DNA from: Candidatus Spongiisociaceae bacterium
Lineage (GTDB): Bacteria; Actinomycetota; Acidimicrobiia; Spongiisociales; Spongiisociaceae
Assembly: GCA_965262915.1 (NCBI GenBank)
Contig: OZ253564.1
Coordinates: 160,001 to 224,000, forward strand
Direction of reading: 5' to 3'
DNA: 64,000 nt
Under the pieces are notes generated by a model, which saw only the letters and a program-made list of their open reading frames with translations, was not told the DNA's origin and ran no database searches. Shown in pieces: positions 48,911 to 59,536 of this stretch; positions within the stretch are counted from its first letter, which is position 1, and each line of letters begins with the position of its first letter. A program made the translations under genes and the position numbers.

Positions 48911-51198
48911 CAGCCGGATCTCGACATATCCGGCTGCCAGAACTGATGCTGGCCGATTTCGGCCTGGCGGTGTTCGAAACGGTCGACCACATAGACCAGC
49001 GCCTCGCTGGGCAAGTCGTCATAGAGCAAGACCAGGACATCCCGGGCTCTCGTCATAGCCACGAACAGCTGTGAAATCTCCAATTCCCGCGCCTCGGCGG
49101 CTTCCTCGACGGTCTGGTCGCGCTTGGGCTTCCTCGGAAAGCGACCCCTGGTTAGGTCAGGGAGGAACACCACTTTGAACTCGAGACCCTTGCCCCGGTG
49201 GAACGTTCCTACCTTGATGCGGTTGTTCGGTCTCCCGCTGTAGTTCTCGAGTCGTTGTGCTGCGGAGGGCGTCCGTTCGATGCGATCACATACCTTCTTC
49301 ACCTGATGCTTCATCGGCACGAGAACCGCTATATCGCCGGGTCCGATGTTCTTGTCCGCCTTGGTGATCTCGCCGATCCTGCGAACGATCTCATCGAGTT
49401 GGGCATCCAATCCCGATGCATTCACCAGCAACGGGCGTAGGCCCCGCCGAGAGGTGTCCGCCCGCTGATCACCTCGCCGGAAGTCTTCAGCGAGGTCATG
49501 GATTTCGTTGTCGCCGGCCACCGCCATGGCCGCGCCGAGGATCTCGTCGGTGTTGCGGTAGTTGACCGATAGGACCGTAGTTCGGCCCCGAACCTCGATC
49601 CCGGCCTGGCGGAGCGTGTAACCACCGGGATAGATACGCTGAGCGCCGTCGCCGAGGATGAGCATCCCGTTGGGCCGGTCGCTGTCCGGGTGGGGGGCGT
49701 TGACGAGAGCCCGCAGAAGCAGGAGCCCGGCCATCGTGATGTCTTGGGCTTCGTCGACGATGACGGCCGAGTAGAGGGGCACGTCGAGGCGGCGCGCATG
49801 GTGGAGCGCCCGCAGGACGACATCGGGGAAGTCGACCACCAGCCGGCCAGCCATCTCCTCATCCCAAGCCTCCCGGAGACCCCATACCTGGGCTCTCAGA
49901 TTCCGACCCATCGGAACCCGCCTGCCGACCCGAGCGATCCGGAGGTACTCGTCGAGCGAGTCGATGGCTCGGCCCTTGATGACCACGGTTATCTCCTCGC
50001 GTAGGTATCGCTCGGTGAACGCGCTGCGGGCCAACGGCGAGCCGGGGGCGACGATCCTCATGAGGGCTGCCCTGAAAGCCGCATCCACCAGTTTCCTGTT
50101 GACGATCAACCGTTCGCCTGCCGCGTGGCATACCTTGCGGGCGAGGCGGTCGACATTGACGAACTCCACCTCACCGGCGAGGGCTTCTGGCAGGCGCAGA
50201 TACAGCGCCTGGAAAACCGGTGGCAGCGTCTTGATGAACGTGGTGAACAGGACGGGCCGTACCGTTTCGCCGGTCCGGATGAGCTGCGCCCTCCGTTCGT
50301 GTTTGAGAGCCGAGTTCCGCTTGGCAAGCCACACCGCCCTATGGAGGCCTACCACGGTCTTGCCTGTACCAGCGGAGCCGCGGACCCTTGCCGGCCCCGC
50401 GTATTGCCGACTGATCGCCGACCTCTGGTCAGGATGGAGGAAGATCATCCAATCTTCGATCGGCTGACCCATGACTTCGGCCAGGAACTCCGGCTCGACA
50501 CGGGTGAACCACGCACCCATCAGGTCTCCCGCCAGATGGCGCTCAATCTCGCGGTCCTCCTCGGTGACTTCCGGAGGCACCGGGTCCTCCTCAAGATCGA
50601 GTCCGGGGGCTGCGGCTCGCTCACCGTCCGGGTGCCCGTGTGCGATCAGGTTGTAGGCAGGCTCGAAGTACCGAAGGCCGAGTTCGTCCTCAAGGTCGAG
50701 AAACTCGTAGTCGCTATCGACACGGCGCAGATTGGCTACGACCGGCTCCGGGAACCCGAAGGATGCGAGTTCCGCGTCGGTCCAGGCCATGAACAGCTTG
50801 CCGACTTTCTCCCTCTGGCGCTGGTAGGTCTGGTCGACACCCGAGTCGGTCGCCTGCTCGAAGACGGTGTAGGCCCGGGTCGCCGGATCGATGTCAACGC
50901 GCATCCGCCTGATCCGGTCGTAGACCTTATGGGTCCCGTACAAGAGGAGGACGATGGTGTTGTTGAACAGCTGCCAGACGATCCGGCGGTCACTGGCCCG
51001 TCCGCCCACATCCGAGGCGTACACCTTCTTCCCGTTGGTCGCCACCCCGACACCATGCGTGCTCAGCTTGGGGTTCCGGAACGGCTTGCGACCAAGCTGG
51101 GTGAGCGAGTCCACCAGGGCGCCCTTGTACGCGTCGTCGCGGCGCATCGAGTAGACACAGTCCCAGAACGACTGCGCCTGCACGACCTGGTAGTCCAT
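48910..51198 (-). CDS. UvrD-like SF1 helicase with N-terminal RelE-like domain
   Basis: WMIFLHPDQ, GSAGTGKT, VDEAQD, GDGAQRIY, VNYRNT, TFHRGKGLEF and FVAMTRAR; the N-terminal about 100 aa end in RIVW..IVLLLYGTH. Confidence 0.85.
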   Translation of the reverse strand: MDYQVVQAQSFWDCVYSMRRDDAYKGALVDSLTQLGRKPFRNPKLSTHGVGVATNGKKVYASDVGGRASDRRIVWQLFNNTIVLLLYGTHKVYDRIRRMRVDIDPATRAYTVFEQATDSGVDQTYQRQREKVGKLFMAWTDAELASFGFPEPVVANLRRVDSDYEFLDLEDELGLRYFEPAYNLIAHGHPDGERAAAPGLDLEEDPVPPEVTEEDREIERHLAGDLMGAWFTRVEPEFLAEVMGQPIEDWMIFLHPDQRSAISRQYAGPARVRGSAGTGKTVVGLHRAVWLAKRNSALKHERRAQLIRTGETVRPVLFTTFIKTLPPVFQALYLRLPEALAGEVEFVNVDRLARKVCHAAGERLIVNRKLVDAAFRAALMRIVAPGSPLARSAFTERYLREEITVVIKGRAIDSLDEYLRIARVGRRVPMGRNLRAQVWGLREAWDEEMAGRLVVDFPDVVLRALHHARRLDVPLYSAVIVDEAQDITMAGLLLLRALVNAPHPDSDRPNGMLILGDGAQRIYPGGYTLRQAGIEVRGRTTVLSVNYRNTDEILGAAMAVAGDNEIHDLAEDFRRGDQRADTSRRGLRPLLVNASGLDAQLDEIVRRIGEITKADKNIGPGDIAVLVPMKHQVKKVCDRIERTPSAAQRLENYSGRPNNRIKVGTFHRGKGLEFKVVFLPDLTRGRFPRKPKRDQTVEEAAEARELEISQLFVAMTRARDVLVLLYDDLPSEALVYVVDRFEHRQAEIGQHQFWQPDMSRSG

Positions 51199-51427
51199 CC
51201 TCCAACCTCCATCCACCGCCGCCACGGATAGAACAGCAGTGCAGGGTAGTGCGCGAATATTCCATCACAGTAGAAAGGAGTTGCCACGCTCCGCAGCGGA
51301 CCCGGAACTGCTCCCTAGCTGACGTGCGCCGGATGTTCGAGGCGGCCCATCAGGGGCGATCGCGGTAGGGGTACCTCACGTGCACGGGTAGTCGGAGCCA
51401 GAGGGAAGACCGGCCCGGATGCTCCGT

Positions 51428-52672
51428 TCATCCGGCTTCACCACCAGTACCCGCCATGAACGCTTCCATCTTCCCGATCATGGGGCGGATCCCTCGGGGT
51501 GTGCGGTCTATGAGACCCAAGGCAATGAGTCGGTTTATGTCGCGGGTGACGGTCTTGGTGGTTTTTCCGGCGTAGGCCGCCGCCAGTTGCGGTGTGAGTA
51601 GCGTGATCTCGGAGCGAGGCGTGGGTTCGGATGGCGATAGTGAAAGCACGAGTTCGCGCTGGCGCCTACCAGCGGCCGTGTCGTAGCTGTGCATCGCCTC
51701 TTCGACATAGCTCTGCCACGCCAGAGCCAGATGTTGGGCCCTGATCCACTCCGCCTGCTCTTCGAGACCGTCGACAAAGCCATCAAGTGCATAGGCGATG
51801 AATTCGACCGGTGACCAGGGCCTCATCCGGCTCGACCTGTCGAGTACCTGGTAGTAGCGGCCGCGGGTGTGGTTGTAGTGGTTGGACAGGAGATGGACCG
51901 CGGGCGTGGGCACCATTCGTGACGCGGCGAGAAGATGGAACTCCACCAGTCTCGCGGTACGTCCGTTGCCGTTCCCGAAGGGGTGGATCCACGCAATGTA
52001 GAGGTGCGCCAAGAGCGCTCGGGTCAAGACGCGCGCGAAAGCAAACGGATCGTCCTCTTTGATCTCGAAGTCGGAGCATGCGAGCCAGTCACATAGTCGA
52101 TCGAGAAGGTGGGCACAGTCCCCGGCCTGAGGTCCCCGGTAGCGGCCAACCCGAGTGTCGTGCGTACGGATACTGCCCGGCCGGATCCGGTCGTCCCACT
52201 CCACATCCTGCAGAACCAACTCGTTGTACGAACAGATGAGTTCGGCAGTCAGCGTGAGATCCTTGCCGGTTTGCATGCCTTCGACGATACTCCGGAAGGC
52301 GTCGAGCACGTTCCGTACCTCTTGTCCCAGGTAGCGGCGTGAGGGCGGTAGGCCGAGTTGACCGTCCAGCAGCCTGGATACCTCTTCCTCCGTGAGCGTG
52401 TTGCCCTCAATGGCGGTGGTCGCGTGGGCGCCCTTGCTCAAGTAGGTCCGGTGCAACAGGTCAGCCACTCCCGGCCTGAGGGGCGTCCCCGTGAGATGAG
52501 CGCACCCGGCCTGCGCCCTACCGAACGACACCCACTCCCGCGGCCCGAACCCGGCGATGTCAAAGCTGAATGACAGCCAAGGATGTGTCTCCTGGTACCG
52601 GTAGTCGATTTCGGATCCCTCCTGACGACTAGGGGGTAGCAGACCAGTCGCCTCGATTATACGCACGGACAT
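51428..52672 (-). CDS. Fic family protein with C-terminal HTH
   Basis: TTAIEGNTL and HPFGNGNGRTARL. Confidence 0.9.
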   Translation of the reverse strand: MSVRIIEATGLLPPSRQEGSEIDYRYQETHPWLSFSFDIAGFGPREWVSFGRAQAGCAHLTGTPLRPGVADLLHRTYLSKGAHATTAIEGNTLTEEEVSRLLDGQLGLPPSRRYLGQEVRNVLDAFRSIVEGMQTGKDLTLTAELICSYNELVLQDVEWDDRIRPGSIRTHDTRVGRYRGPQAGDCAHLLDRLCDWLACSDFEIKEDDPFAFARVLTRALLAHLYIAWIHPFGNGNGRTARLVEFHLLAASRMVPTPAVHLLSNHYNHTRGRYYQVLDRSSRMRPWSPVEFIAYALDGFVDGLEEQAEWIRAQHLALAWQSYVEEAMHSYDTAAGRRQRELVLSLSPSEPTPRSEITLLTPQLAAAYAGKTTKTVTRDINRLIALGLIDRTPRGIRPMIGKMEAFMAGTGGEAG

Positions 52673-52730
52673 GTCCCTCAGATTGTCCCTTGTTCGTGTC
52701 CGTTCCGCGGGACAGCGGGTTCCGCGTCGC

Positions 52731-54101
52731 TCAGGCGAGTTCGTCTGTGACTACTCCGGACAGGTGGCGGGCGACGGAGCGGGCCGTCTCCATGGTGGGG
52801 GCCTCGACCATGACCCTTATGACCGGCTCGGTACCGGAGGCCCGGACGAGGATGCGCCCGTCGTTGCCCAACTCGGTCTCGGCATCCCGGACCGCATCCC
52901 GTAAGCGGGAGGCCGCCTCCAGGTCCTTGGACCGGACGGGCACGTTCCGGAGCACCTGGGGGAACTCCACCAGGGACTCGCGGCGCAGGTCGCGGACGGA
53001 TCGTCCGGTGACCACGACCACCTCAAGGAGCCGGACCGCGGTCCGGAGACCGTCCCCGGTGGGGGCCCAATCGAGCTGGATGACGTGACCGGACTGCTCG
53101 CCGCCTAGGACGGCGCCGTGCCGGAGCATTGCCTCCAACACGTACCGATCGCCTACCCGCGTCTCCACGAAGTCGATACCCGCCTGGCGCATGGCCTCGC
53201 GGAATCCCAGGTTGGACATGACGGTGGCCACCACCGTGTTGTTGGGGAGTTCTCCCCGGTCGCGCAGGTACCGGGCGATGATCGCCAGTATCACGTCGCC
53301 GTTGGCCACCCGGCCGTCCTCATCGATGACCATGAGCCGGTCGGCGTCACCGTCGAAAGACAGCCCGATCCGGCCCCCGGACACCGCGGCAAGGTACTCG
53401 GGGGTGGCGGCCCCGCAACTGTCGTTGATGTTCATACCGTCGGGCGAAGCGAAGTGTTCCACCACATCCGCTCCCAGCGAGGAGAACAGGTCGGGCGCCG
53501 CCCGGGAGGCCGCCCCGTTGGCGCAGTCGAGGGCCAGCCGGAGCCCTTCCAGGGAGCGAGGTGCCTGGCGGTGGATCCCGGACACGTAGCGCTCGATCGC
53601 ATCCGGAACGCGACGGCGAACACCGATGCCGGCTCCGGTCGGGGCCTTCCACGGCGCACCTCCCCGGAGCCGGGTCTCGATCTCCGCCTCCCTGGCGTCG
53701 TCCATCTTGCTGCCCTGCGCATCGAGGAACTTGACGCCGTTGTCCGGGGCCGGGTTGTGGGAAGCCGAGACCATGACCCCGAGCCGGGCCCCTAGCTCGG
53801 GTATCAGCGAGGACAACCCACCCACCGGGATCACGCCCGCATCCAGGGTGTCCACCCCCACCGAATGGAACCCGGCCTGGAGGCCGGCCGCCAGCATGTC
53901 ACCGGAGCGGCGGGTGTCGCGACCCACCACGACCGGACCAGCCCCGATCAGCTCCCCGGCGGCCCGGCCCAGACCGAACACGAGGGGGACGTCCAGGTCG
54001 ACGTTGGCAACCCCTCTGATGCCGTCGGTGCCGAACAGGCGATGTCCGGGGAAGGGTAGATCAGGAACCGGGGACGACGCCGACAGGGGCGGCGACCGCA
54101 C
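52731..54101 (-). CDS. glmM: Phosphoglucosamine mutase
   Basis: LFGTDGIRG, SASHNP, FDGDADR, GGEQSGH and RASGTEP; start uncertain. Confidence 0.93.
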   Translation of the reverse strand: MRSPPLSASSPVPDLPFPGHRLFGTDGIRGVANVDLDVPLVFGLGRAAGELIGAGPVVVGRDTRRSGDMLAAGLQAGFHSVGVDTLDAGVIPVGGLSSLIPELGARLGVMVSASHNPAPDNGVKFLDAQGSKMDDAREAEIETRLRGGAPWKAPTGAGIGVRRRVPDAIERYVSGIHRQAPRSLEGLRLALDCANGAASRAAPDLFSSLGADVVEHFASPDGMNINDSCGAATPEYLAAVSGGRIGLSFDGDADRLMVIDEDGRVANGDVILAIIARYLRDRGELPNNTVVATVMSNLGFREAMRQAGIDFVETRVGDRYVLEAMLRHGAVLGGEQSGHVIQLDWAPTGDGLRTAVRLLEVVVVTGRSVRDLRRESLVEFPQVLRNVPVRSKDLEAASRLRDAVRDAETELGNDGRILVRASGTEPVIRVMVEAPTMETARSVARHLSGVVTDELA

Positions 54102-54103
54102 GC

Positions 54104-54271
54104 CTAGTGGTCTGTCTGTGAAATGGCCGCGCGGCATGCGCCGGCAGCGGCTTTTCTCGCAAGGCCCGCCGACGAAGGCGTGCCCTCAGCGTACGTCGAG
54201 GAGGCGGAACGAAGCGAGGGGCGTCGAGGACAAGCAGGGCACGGCGAGTTGATTTGCAGGCGGACCACTAG
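54104..54271. mobile_element. Putative MITE (168 bp including flanking CTAG)
   Basis: Left end CTAGTGGTCTGTCTGTGAAAT; right end reverse complement CTAGTGGTCCGCCTGCAAAT; no credible coding content. Confidence 0.7.
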
Positions 54272-54660
54272 CGCTTGGTGTACTGAGGCGCCCGCCTGGC
54301 CTTGCGGAGACCGTACTTCTTGCGTTCCACCACCCGGGCGTCCCGAGTGAGGAGCCCAGCCCTCTTGAGGTCCGTACGCAGATCGGGATCGAGGGCGATC
54401 AGCCCCCGAGCGATACCGAGGCGTATGGCGTCGGCCTGGCCGCTGACCCCGCCGCCGTGGAGCTGGGCGACGATGTCGTAGCGGCCTTCGGCGTTGGCCA
54501 CCCTCAGCGGTTCCAGCACCCGCATGCGCCGTGCCACGGTCGGGAAGTAGCGTTCGAGCGGACGCCCGTTGAGCGTCACCGTTCCGGTTCCGTGGTAGAA
54601 ACGGACCTGGGCCACCGCCTCCTTGCGACGGCCGACCGCCCGTACCAGCGCCTCGGCCAT
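54268..54660 (-). CDS. rpsI: 30S ribosomal protein S9
   Basis: [35 protein letters not shown]. Confidence 0.97.
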   Translation of the reverse strand: MAEALVRAVGRRKEAVAQVRFYHGTGTVTLNGRPLERYFPTVARRMRVLEPLRVANAEGRYDIVAQLHGGGVSGQADAIRLGIARGLIALDPDLRTDLKRAGLLTRDARVVERKKYGLRKARRAPQYTKR

Positions 54661-55127
54661 CACGCACCTACCTTGCGGAGTCCGAGGTCGAGATGCTCCG
54701 GACGCTGGGCTCTGTGCGGGTGGTCGGGACCCGCGTAGACCTTGAGCTTGCGGATCATCTGCCTCCCCAGCTTGGTCTTGGGCAGCATTCCCCGCACCGC
54801 CCGCTCGATCACGGCCTTGGGACGGCGGTGGATCAGGCTCTCGAACGATTCCTCCTTGAGGCCGCCCGGGTATCCGGAGTGCCGGTAGTAGATCTTGTCC
54901 TGGCTCTTGTTCGAGGTGACCGCAACCTTATCGGCGTTGATCACGATCACGAAGTCGCCTCCGTCCACATGGGGGGCGTAGTTGGGCTTGCGCTTGCCGG
55001 AGAGGATCGGGGTGAGCAGGGAAGCGAGGCGACCCAGCGGCGCACCGGTGGCGTCGACGACAAACCAGCGGCGCTCGATGTCGCCCGGCTTGGGGGTATA
55101 GGTCTTCAGTCTGTTCACCCTGGTCAC
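54660..55127 (-). CDS. rplM: 50S ribosomal protein L13
   Basis: [40 protein letters not shown]. Confidence 0.97.
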   Translation of the reverse strand: MTRVNRLKTYTPKPGDIERRWFVVDATGAPLGRLASLLTPILSGKRKPNYAPHVDGGDFVIVINADKVAVTSNKSQDKIYYRHSGYPGGLKEESFESLIHRRPKAVIERAVRGMLPKTKLGRQMIRKLKVYAGPDHPHRAQRPEHLDLGLRKVGA

Positions 55128-55671
55128 CGTCTCAATCGGAAGGTTGCATCATATGGGATCGGCGATCCCGGGACCGTGTGGGCCGCGAGCCGCACCCGGC
55201 ACCGCGATGGCGGAGGATCGCCACCCGAGCCGCGGCCGCAAACCCGGATCGGGGGACCCGTAGTGTAGCCGTCCTCAGCGCTAGGTGCCAGACAGCCTCG
55301 CGAGACAGCAGCGTCGCACGATGGACCGCCCGTGGCCCGGAGGACGAGCACGGCCCCCCGAAGCACAAGGGGGTTGTCGCTGCCCGGTGCATACTGAGTG
55401 ATACCGTCAGCACAAACATCGCCGCAGTTCCGGAAGCGGTGATCATCAACGGGGTCTCGTTCCCCTGGCAGGTAGCCCATCCCGGGCTCGTGAACCAAAG
55501 GGGAGCGGCGGACAGACCGCAGGCAGGGGTCTCGGAAACCCTAGCCATGTCGCGTTCGCCGGACCGATCTCGGAGGTGGCGGTGGGGGTGGACCCACCCG
55601 GGGAGGCGAAGCCGGGACGTTTTTCGCGAGCTTGAGGGGCACCCTATCTGCTAAGGACCGTTCCGGCGGCT

Positions 55672-56403
55672 TTAGTAGTCGACCTGCCAAAGCACCAGAC
55701 CGTGGGGCGGAGCAGCCCCGCGAGCCGCATTCCGGTTCCTTGCTTCGAGAACCCGTGGGGTCGCATCCGGTCTCAACCGGCCCCTACCCACTTCGGCGGA
55801 GAAGGCGACGATTGACCGCACCATCTGGTGGCAGAAGGCCGAGCCGACGATCTCCAGTTGAACCAGGTCGTCGGACCGGGCGGTCCAGCCGGCCGACAGG
55901 ATCGTCCGGACCGTCGAGCGGCCCTCGGATTTGCGACAGAAGGAGGCGAAGTCGTGCTCCCCGACGAGGTACCGGACGGCCCCGTCCATCGATCCCACAT
56001 CCAGGGGTTCCTTCACATGCCACGTGACGGCCCGCCGGAGGGGATCGGGGAACGGGCGGTTGAGGATCCGGTAACGGTAGGTACGCCGGATCGCGCTGAA
56101 GCGGGCCGAAAAGCCGCCCGGTACCTGCTCGCAGCGGTACACGACGATCTCGGGGCCCAGCAGCCCGGTCAGCGCTCTGGCCAGGCGGCCGCGATCGACC
56201 GGTATCTCCGTGAGGAAGGACACCACCTGATGGCGGGCGTGGACGCCCGCATCCGTGCGGCCCGCCACCTCGGTCCGGACCGGTTCGAGGATCCGGGCCA
56301 TGGCCTCCTCTAGTTCGCCCTGAACGGTACGCACGTCCGGTTGCCGGGCATAGCCGTGGAACCCGGATCCGTCGTAGGAGAGATCGATGCGGTAGGTGGG
56401 CAT
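55672..56403 (-). CDS. truA: tRNA pseudouridine(38-40) synthase
   Basis: YDGSGFHG, AGRTDAGVHA, GEHDFASF, HQMVR and APPHGL. Confidence 0.95.
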   Translation of the reverse strand: MPTYRIDLSYDGSGFHGYARQPDVRTVQGELEEAMARILEPVRTEVAGRTDAGVHARHQVVSFLTEIPVDRGRLARALTGLLGPEIVVYRCEQVPGGFSARFSAIRRTYRYRILNRPFPDPLRRAVTWHVKEPLDVGSMDGAVRYLVGEHDFASFCRKSEGRSTVRTILSAGWTARSDDLVQLEIVGSAFCHQMVRSIVAFSAEVGRGRLRPDATPRVLEARNRNAARGAAPPHGLVLWQVDY

Positions 56404-56520
56404 GGCCGGCCCGGCCGGGTCAGATCGCCGGCGGGCGGGGCTGGTGGTCCCTCGCCCCGGCCTCGGCAGGCGAAGACATGGGAAGTGGACCTCCCGATTC
56501 TCGTCGCCTGCTCCACATGC

Positions 56521-57012
56521 TCAAAACGTGAGCGTTCCCCTGTACAGGATCGTCCCTATGTACCAGCCCAGCACCCCGGCGCCGGCCGCGAAGCTGTCCT
56601 CGGGGTGGTTCAGGTCGAACTGGGAACCCGCAACGATCCGGAGGGCGAAGAAGAACCAGACAATGGACGCGACGGTGAAGGCTGTCGACACTCTCCCCAG
56701 CCAGGGATTCACCGCTATCAGGATGAAGGCTACGTTGGCGAAACCGACCAGCCGGAAGGTAACCGTCAGCTCACCGTAGCGTCGGAACAGGTAAACACCC
56801 GACGCCCATACGGCCCCTGCCACGAGACCCGCACGCAGGATGCCCCACAGCATGGCCGCTACCGCGTCGACTACCGAGAAGGAGTGGAACACGGGAAGGA
56901 GCCCCACGATGGCGACGACCACCACCGCGTTGCCGGTGGCGTAGTTGTCGTAGAGCAACGACGTGTAAAAGGATCTGCTCAGTCGCCCTGCGCGAACCAT
57001 CTGGCGTAGCAC
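56521..57012 (-). CDS. Hypothetical multi-pass membrane protein (Yip1-like)
   Basis: About five hydrophobic segments; co-oriented between rplQ and truA. Confidence 0.6.
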   Translation of the reverse strand: MLRQMVRAGRLSRSFYTSLLYDNYATGNAVVVVAIVGLLPVFHSFSVVDAVAAMLWGILRAGLVAGAVWASGVYLFRRYGELTVTFRLVGFANVAFILIAVNPWLGRVSTAFTVASIVWFFFALRIVAGSQFDLNHPEDSFAAGAGVLGWYIGTILYRGTLTF

Positions 57013-57094
57013 GACACCCTCGCTGACATGGGATATTCAGGTATCTCGGAGGCTACCAGGTCGCAGCCCTTCCCCGATCATCCAAGCCGGAGGA

Positions 57095-57445
57095 TTAGAC
57101 GAGCTCGATGACGGCCATCTCCGTGTTGTCACCCCGGCGAGGTCCGATCTTGACGATTCGGGTGTAGCCGCCCGGGCGTCTCCTGTACCGCGGAGCGACC
57201 TCGTCGAACAGCTTGGTGACGACCTCCAAGTCCGTGATGTCCTTGAGGACCAGGCGGCGCGAGTGGAGATCCCCGCGGCGGGCCTTAGTGATGATCTTCT
57301 CGACGTACGGGCGGAGCACCTTGGCCTTGGTGAGCGTGGTGGTGATCTGCTCGTCCCAGATCAGCGACTGTGCCAGGTTCGACAGGATCGCCTTCTGGTG
57401 GGCGGGGTCACCTCCCAGCCGCTTGCCCCTCCTCGGGCGGGGCAT
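57095..57445 (-). CDS. rplQ: 50S ribosomal protein L17
   Basis: [24 protein letters not shown]. Confidence 0.97.
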   Translation of the reverse strand: MPRPRRGKRLGGDPAHQKAILSNLAQSLIWDEQITTTLTKAKVLRPYVEKIITKARRGDLHSRRLVLKDITDLEVVTKLFDEVAPRYRRRPGGYTRIVKIGPRRGDNTEMAVIELV

Positions 57446-58398
57446 CAGGCACCGTTCCTGTCTCGGGCGGCGGAGATGCCGAGTCCCAGCTCGTCGAGCT
57501 TGGAGACCACTTCCTCAAGGCTCTTCTGCCCGAAGTTGGTGATGTCCAGCAGGTCCTCCCTCGTCTGCTGCACGAGGTCCCCCACCGTATCGATCTGGGC
57601 CCGCCGCAGGCAGTTCCGGGGCCGCTCGGAGAGATCCAGCGCCTCGATGGGCAGGTCAAGGTCCTGGGAGACCGAGTCGGTGACGGCCAAGTCTCCGAGT
57701 TCCAGCCCCACCCCCTCTCCCACGTCGGCGAAAAGGCCCAGTAGCTCGCGGAGGGTCTTGCCCGCCGAGGACAGCGCCTCGGCCGGCCCGATCGATCCGT
57801 CGGTCTCCACGTCCACCACCAGCCGGTCGAAGTTGGTCATCTGGCCCACCTGGGTGCTCTCCACCCGGTAGGAGACCTTGCGCACCGGGGAGAAGATCGA
57901 GTCGATCGGGATCGTTCCTATCGGATCGTTGCGCTTGTTCTTCTCGGCGGTCCGGTAGCCGACGCCCTGCTCGACGGTCAACTCCATCTCCAGCGTGGCG
58001 CCGTCCGAGAGGGTGACGATGTGGAGGTCCTTGTTCACGACCTCCACCCCGCTGGGCGCCGCCAGGGCGGCGGCCGTGACGGCGCCGGCGCCCGACACCG
58101 CGAGTTCCAGGGTGAGTGGCTCCGGATCGTCCATCCGCACCACCAGACGCTTGATGTTGAGGATGATGTCGACCACGTCCTCCTCCACGCCGGGAACCGT
58201 CGTGAACTCGTGATAGATGCCATTGATCCGCAGCGACGATACGGCTGCTCCGGGTATGCGGGAGAGCAGTGTCCGCCGCAGGGTGTTCCCGAGCGTGTAA
58301 CCGAAGCCCGGCTCCAGCGGTTCGATCAAGAAACGTGCCCGGAACTCGCCGACCACTTCGGATTCGATCTGTGGACGTTGGACTATGAGGGCTTGCAC
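57445..58398 (-). CDS. rpoA: RNA polymerase alpha subunit
   Basis: [24 protein letters not shown] and [10 protein letters not shown]. Confidence 0.97.
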   Translation of the reverse strand: MQALIVQRPQIESEVVGEFRARFLIEPLEPGFGYTLGNTLRRTLLSRIPGAAVSSLRINGIYHEFTTVPGVEEDVVDIILNIKRLVVRMDDPEPLTLELAVSGAGAVTAAALAAPSGVEVVNKDLHIVTLSDGATLEMELTVEQGVGYRTAEKNKRNDPIGTIPIDSIFSPVRKVSYRVESTQVGQMTNFDRLVVDVETDGSIGPAEALSSAGKTLRELLGLFADVGEGVGLELGDLAVTDSVSQDLDLPIEALDLSERPRNCLRRAQIDTVGDLVQQTREDLLDITNFGQKSLEEVVSKLDELGLGISAARDRNGA

Positions 58399-58482
58399 GG
58401 CCTCTTCCTCTCGGTCTCTGTGTGCGTCAGTCGTTGGTAGGTAATGGGAATGCCATCGATGGGTCTGTGTCGTTCGGGAGGC

Positions 58483-59100
58483 CTACCGGGAATACAACTC
58501 GACAACCAGTTGCTCCCGGACGGCGGTGTCGATCTGCGCCCTCGTCGGGACATCGCGGACCACGATCCGACGCTCGTCGAGCCCGACATCCAGCCACTCG
58601 GGAACCCGGCGGTCCCCGGACGTGTCGACCGCGTGCCGGATCACGATGATCTCCGTGGACTTCGGCTTGACCGTCACCACGTCTCCGGCCCGCACCCGGT
58701 AGGAAGGGATGTCGACCTTGCGCTCGTTGACCCGGAAGTGCCCGTGGTTGACCAGCTGCCTGGCCTGCGGCCGGGTCCTGGCCAGACCCGACCGGTAGAC
58801 CACGTTGTCGAGACGGCACTCGAGGATCTGGAGCAGGTTCTCGCCGCTTATCCCCCGGTGCCGGGCCGCCTCGTGGTAGTAGCGGCGGAACTGGCGCTCC
58901 AACACCCCGTAGATCTGGCGTATCTTCTGCTTCTCGCGCAGCTGGTGGAGGTAGTCGGAGTCGTTGCTCCTCCTACCGCGGCGCCGACCGTGCTCGCCGG
59001 GCGGGTAGGGGCGGCGGTCGTAGTACTTAGCTTTGTTGTCGTCGAGGAGCTGTCCCAGACGTCGACTCTTCCGCGTGCGGGGACCTAGGTAGCGGGCCAC
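58483..59100 (-). CDS. rpsD: 30S ribosomal protein S4
   Basis: MARYLGP, QLREKQK, RLDNVVYR, ARQLVNHGH and VELYSR. Confidence 0.97.
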   Translation of the reverse strand: MARYLGPRTRKSRRLGQLLDDNKAKYYDRRPYPPGEHGRRRGRRSNDSDYLHQLREKQKIRQIYGVLERQFRRYYHEAARHRGISGENLLQILECRLDNVVYRSGLARTRPQARQLVNHGHFRVNERKVDIPSYRVRAGDVVTVKPKSTEIIVIRHAVDTSGDRRVPEWLDVGLDERRIVVRDVPTRAQIDTAVREQLVVELYSR

Positions 59101-59103
59101 TCT

Positions 59104-59496
59104 TCACCCCCTCCGGCGCTTCTTCGGGCGGCAGCCATTGTGGGCCAGCGGTGTCACATCCCTGACGCCGGCGATCTCGATGCCCATGTTCTGGAGGGTA
59201 CGGACGGCTGTGTCCCTCCCCGCCCCGTTACCGCTCACGATGACGTCCAGCTTGCGAATGCCGTGCTCGCCGGCCCGGCGAGAGGCCTCCTCGGCCGCCA
59301 CCTGCGCTGCATAGGGAGTGGACTTGCGGGAGCCCTTGAAACCCACCGATCCTCCCGATGTCCAGACGATGGTGTTGCCGTTCACGTCGGTAATGTTGAT
59401 GATGGTGTTGTTGAAGCTCGCCTTGATGTGCGCCTGGCCGAACGCGATGTTCTTGCGCTCGCGGCGGCGGACCCGCTTCTGCTGCTTCCTAGCCAC
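59104..59496 (-). CDS. rpsK: 30S ribosomal protein S11
   Basis: [21 protein letters not shown] and HNGCRP. Confidence 0.97.
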   Translation of the reverse strand: MARKQQKRVRRRERKNIAFGQAHIKASFNNTIINITDVNGNTIVWTSGGSVGFKGSRKSTPYAAQVAAEEASRRAGEHGIRKLDVIVSGNGAGRDTAVRTLQNMGIEIAGVRDVTPLAHNGCRPKKRRRG

Positions 59497-59536
59497 GACA
59501 TCCTCCGGATCTCACGTTCCCGCCTTCCTGCAACAT

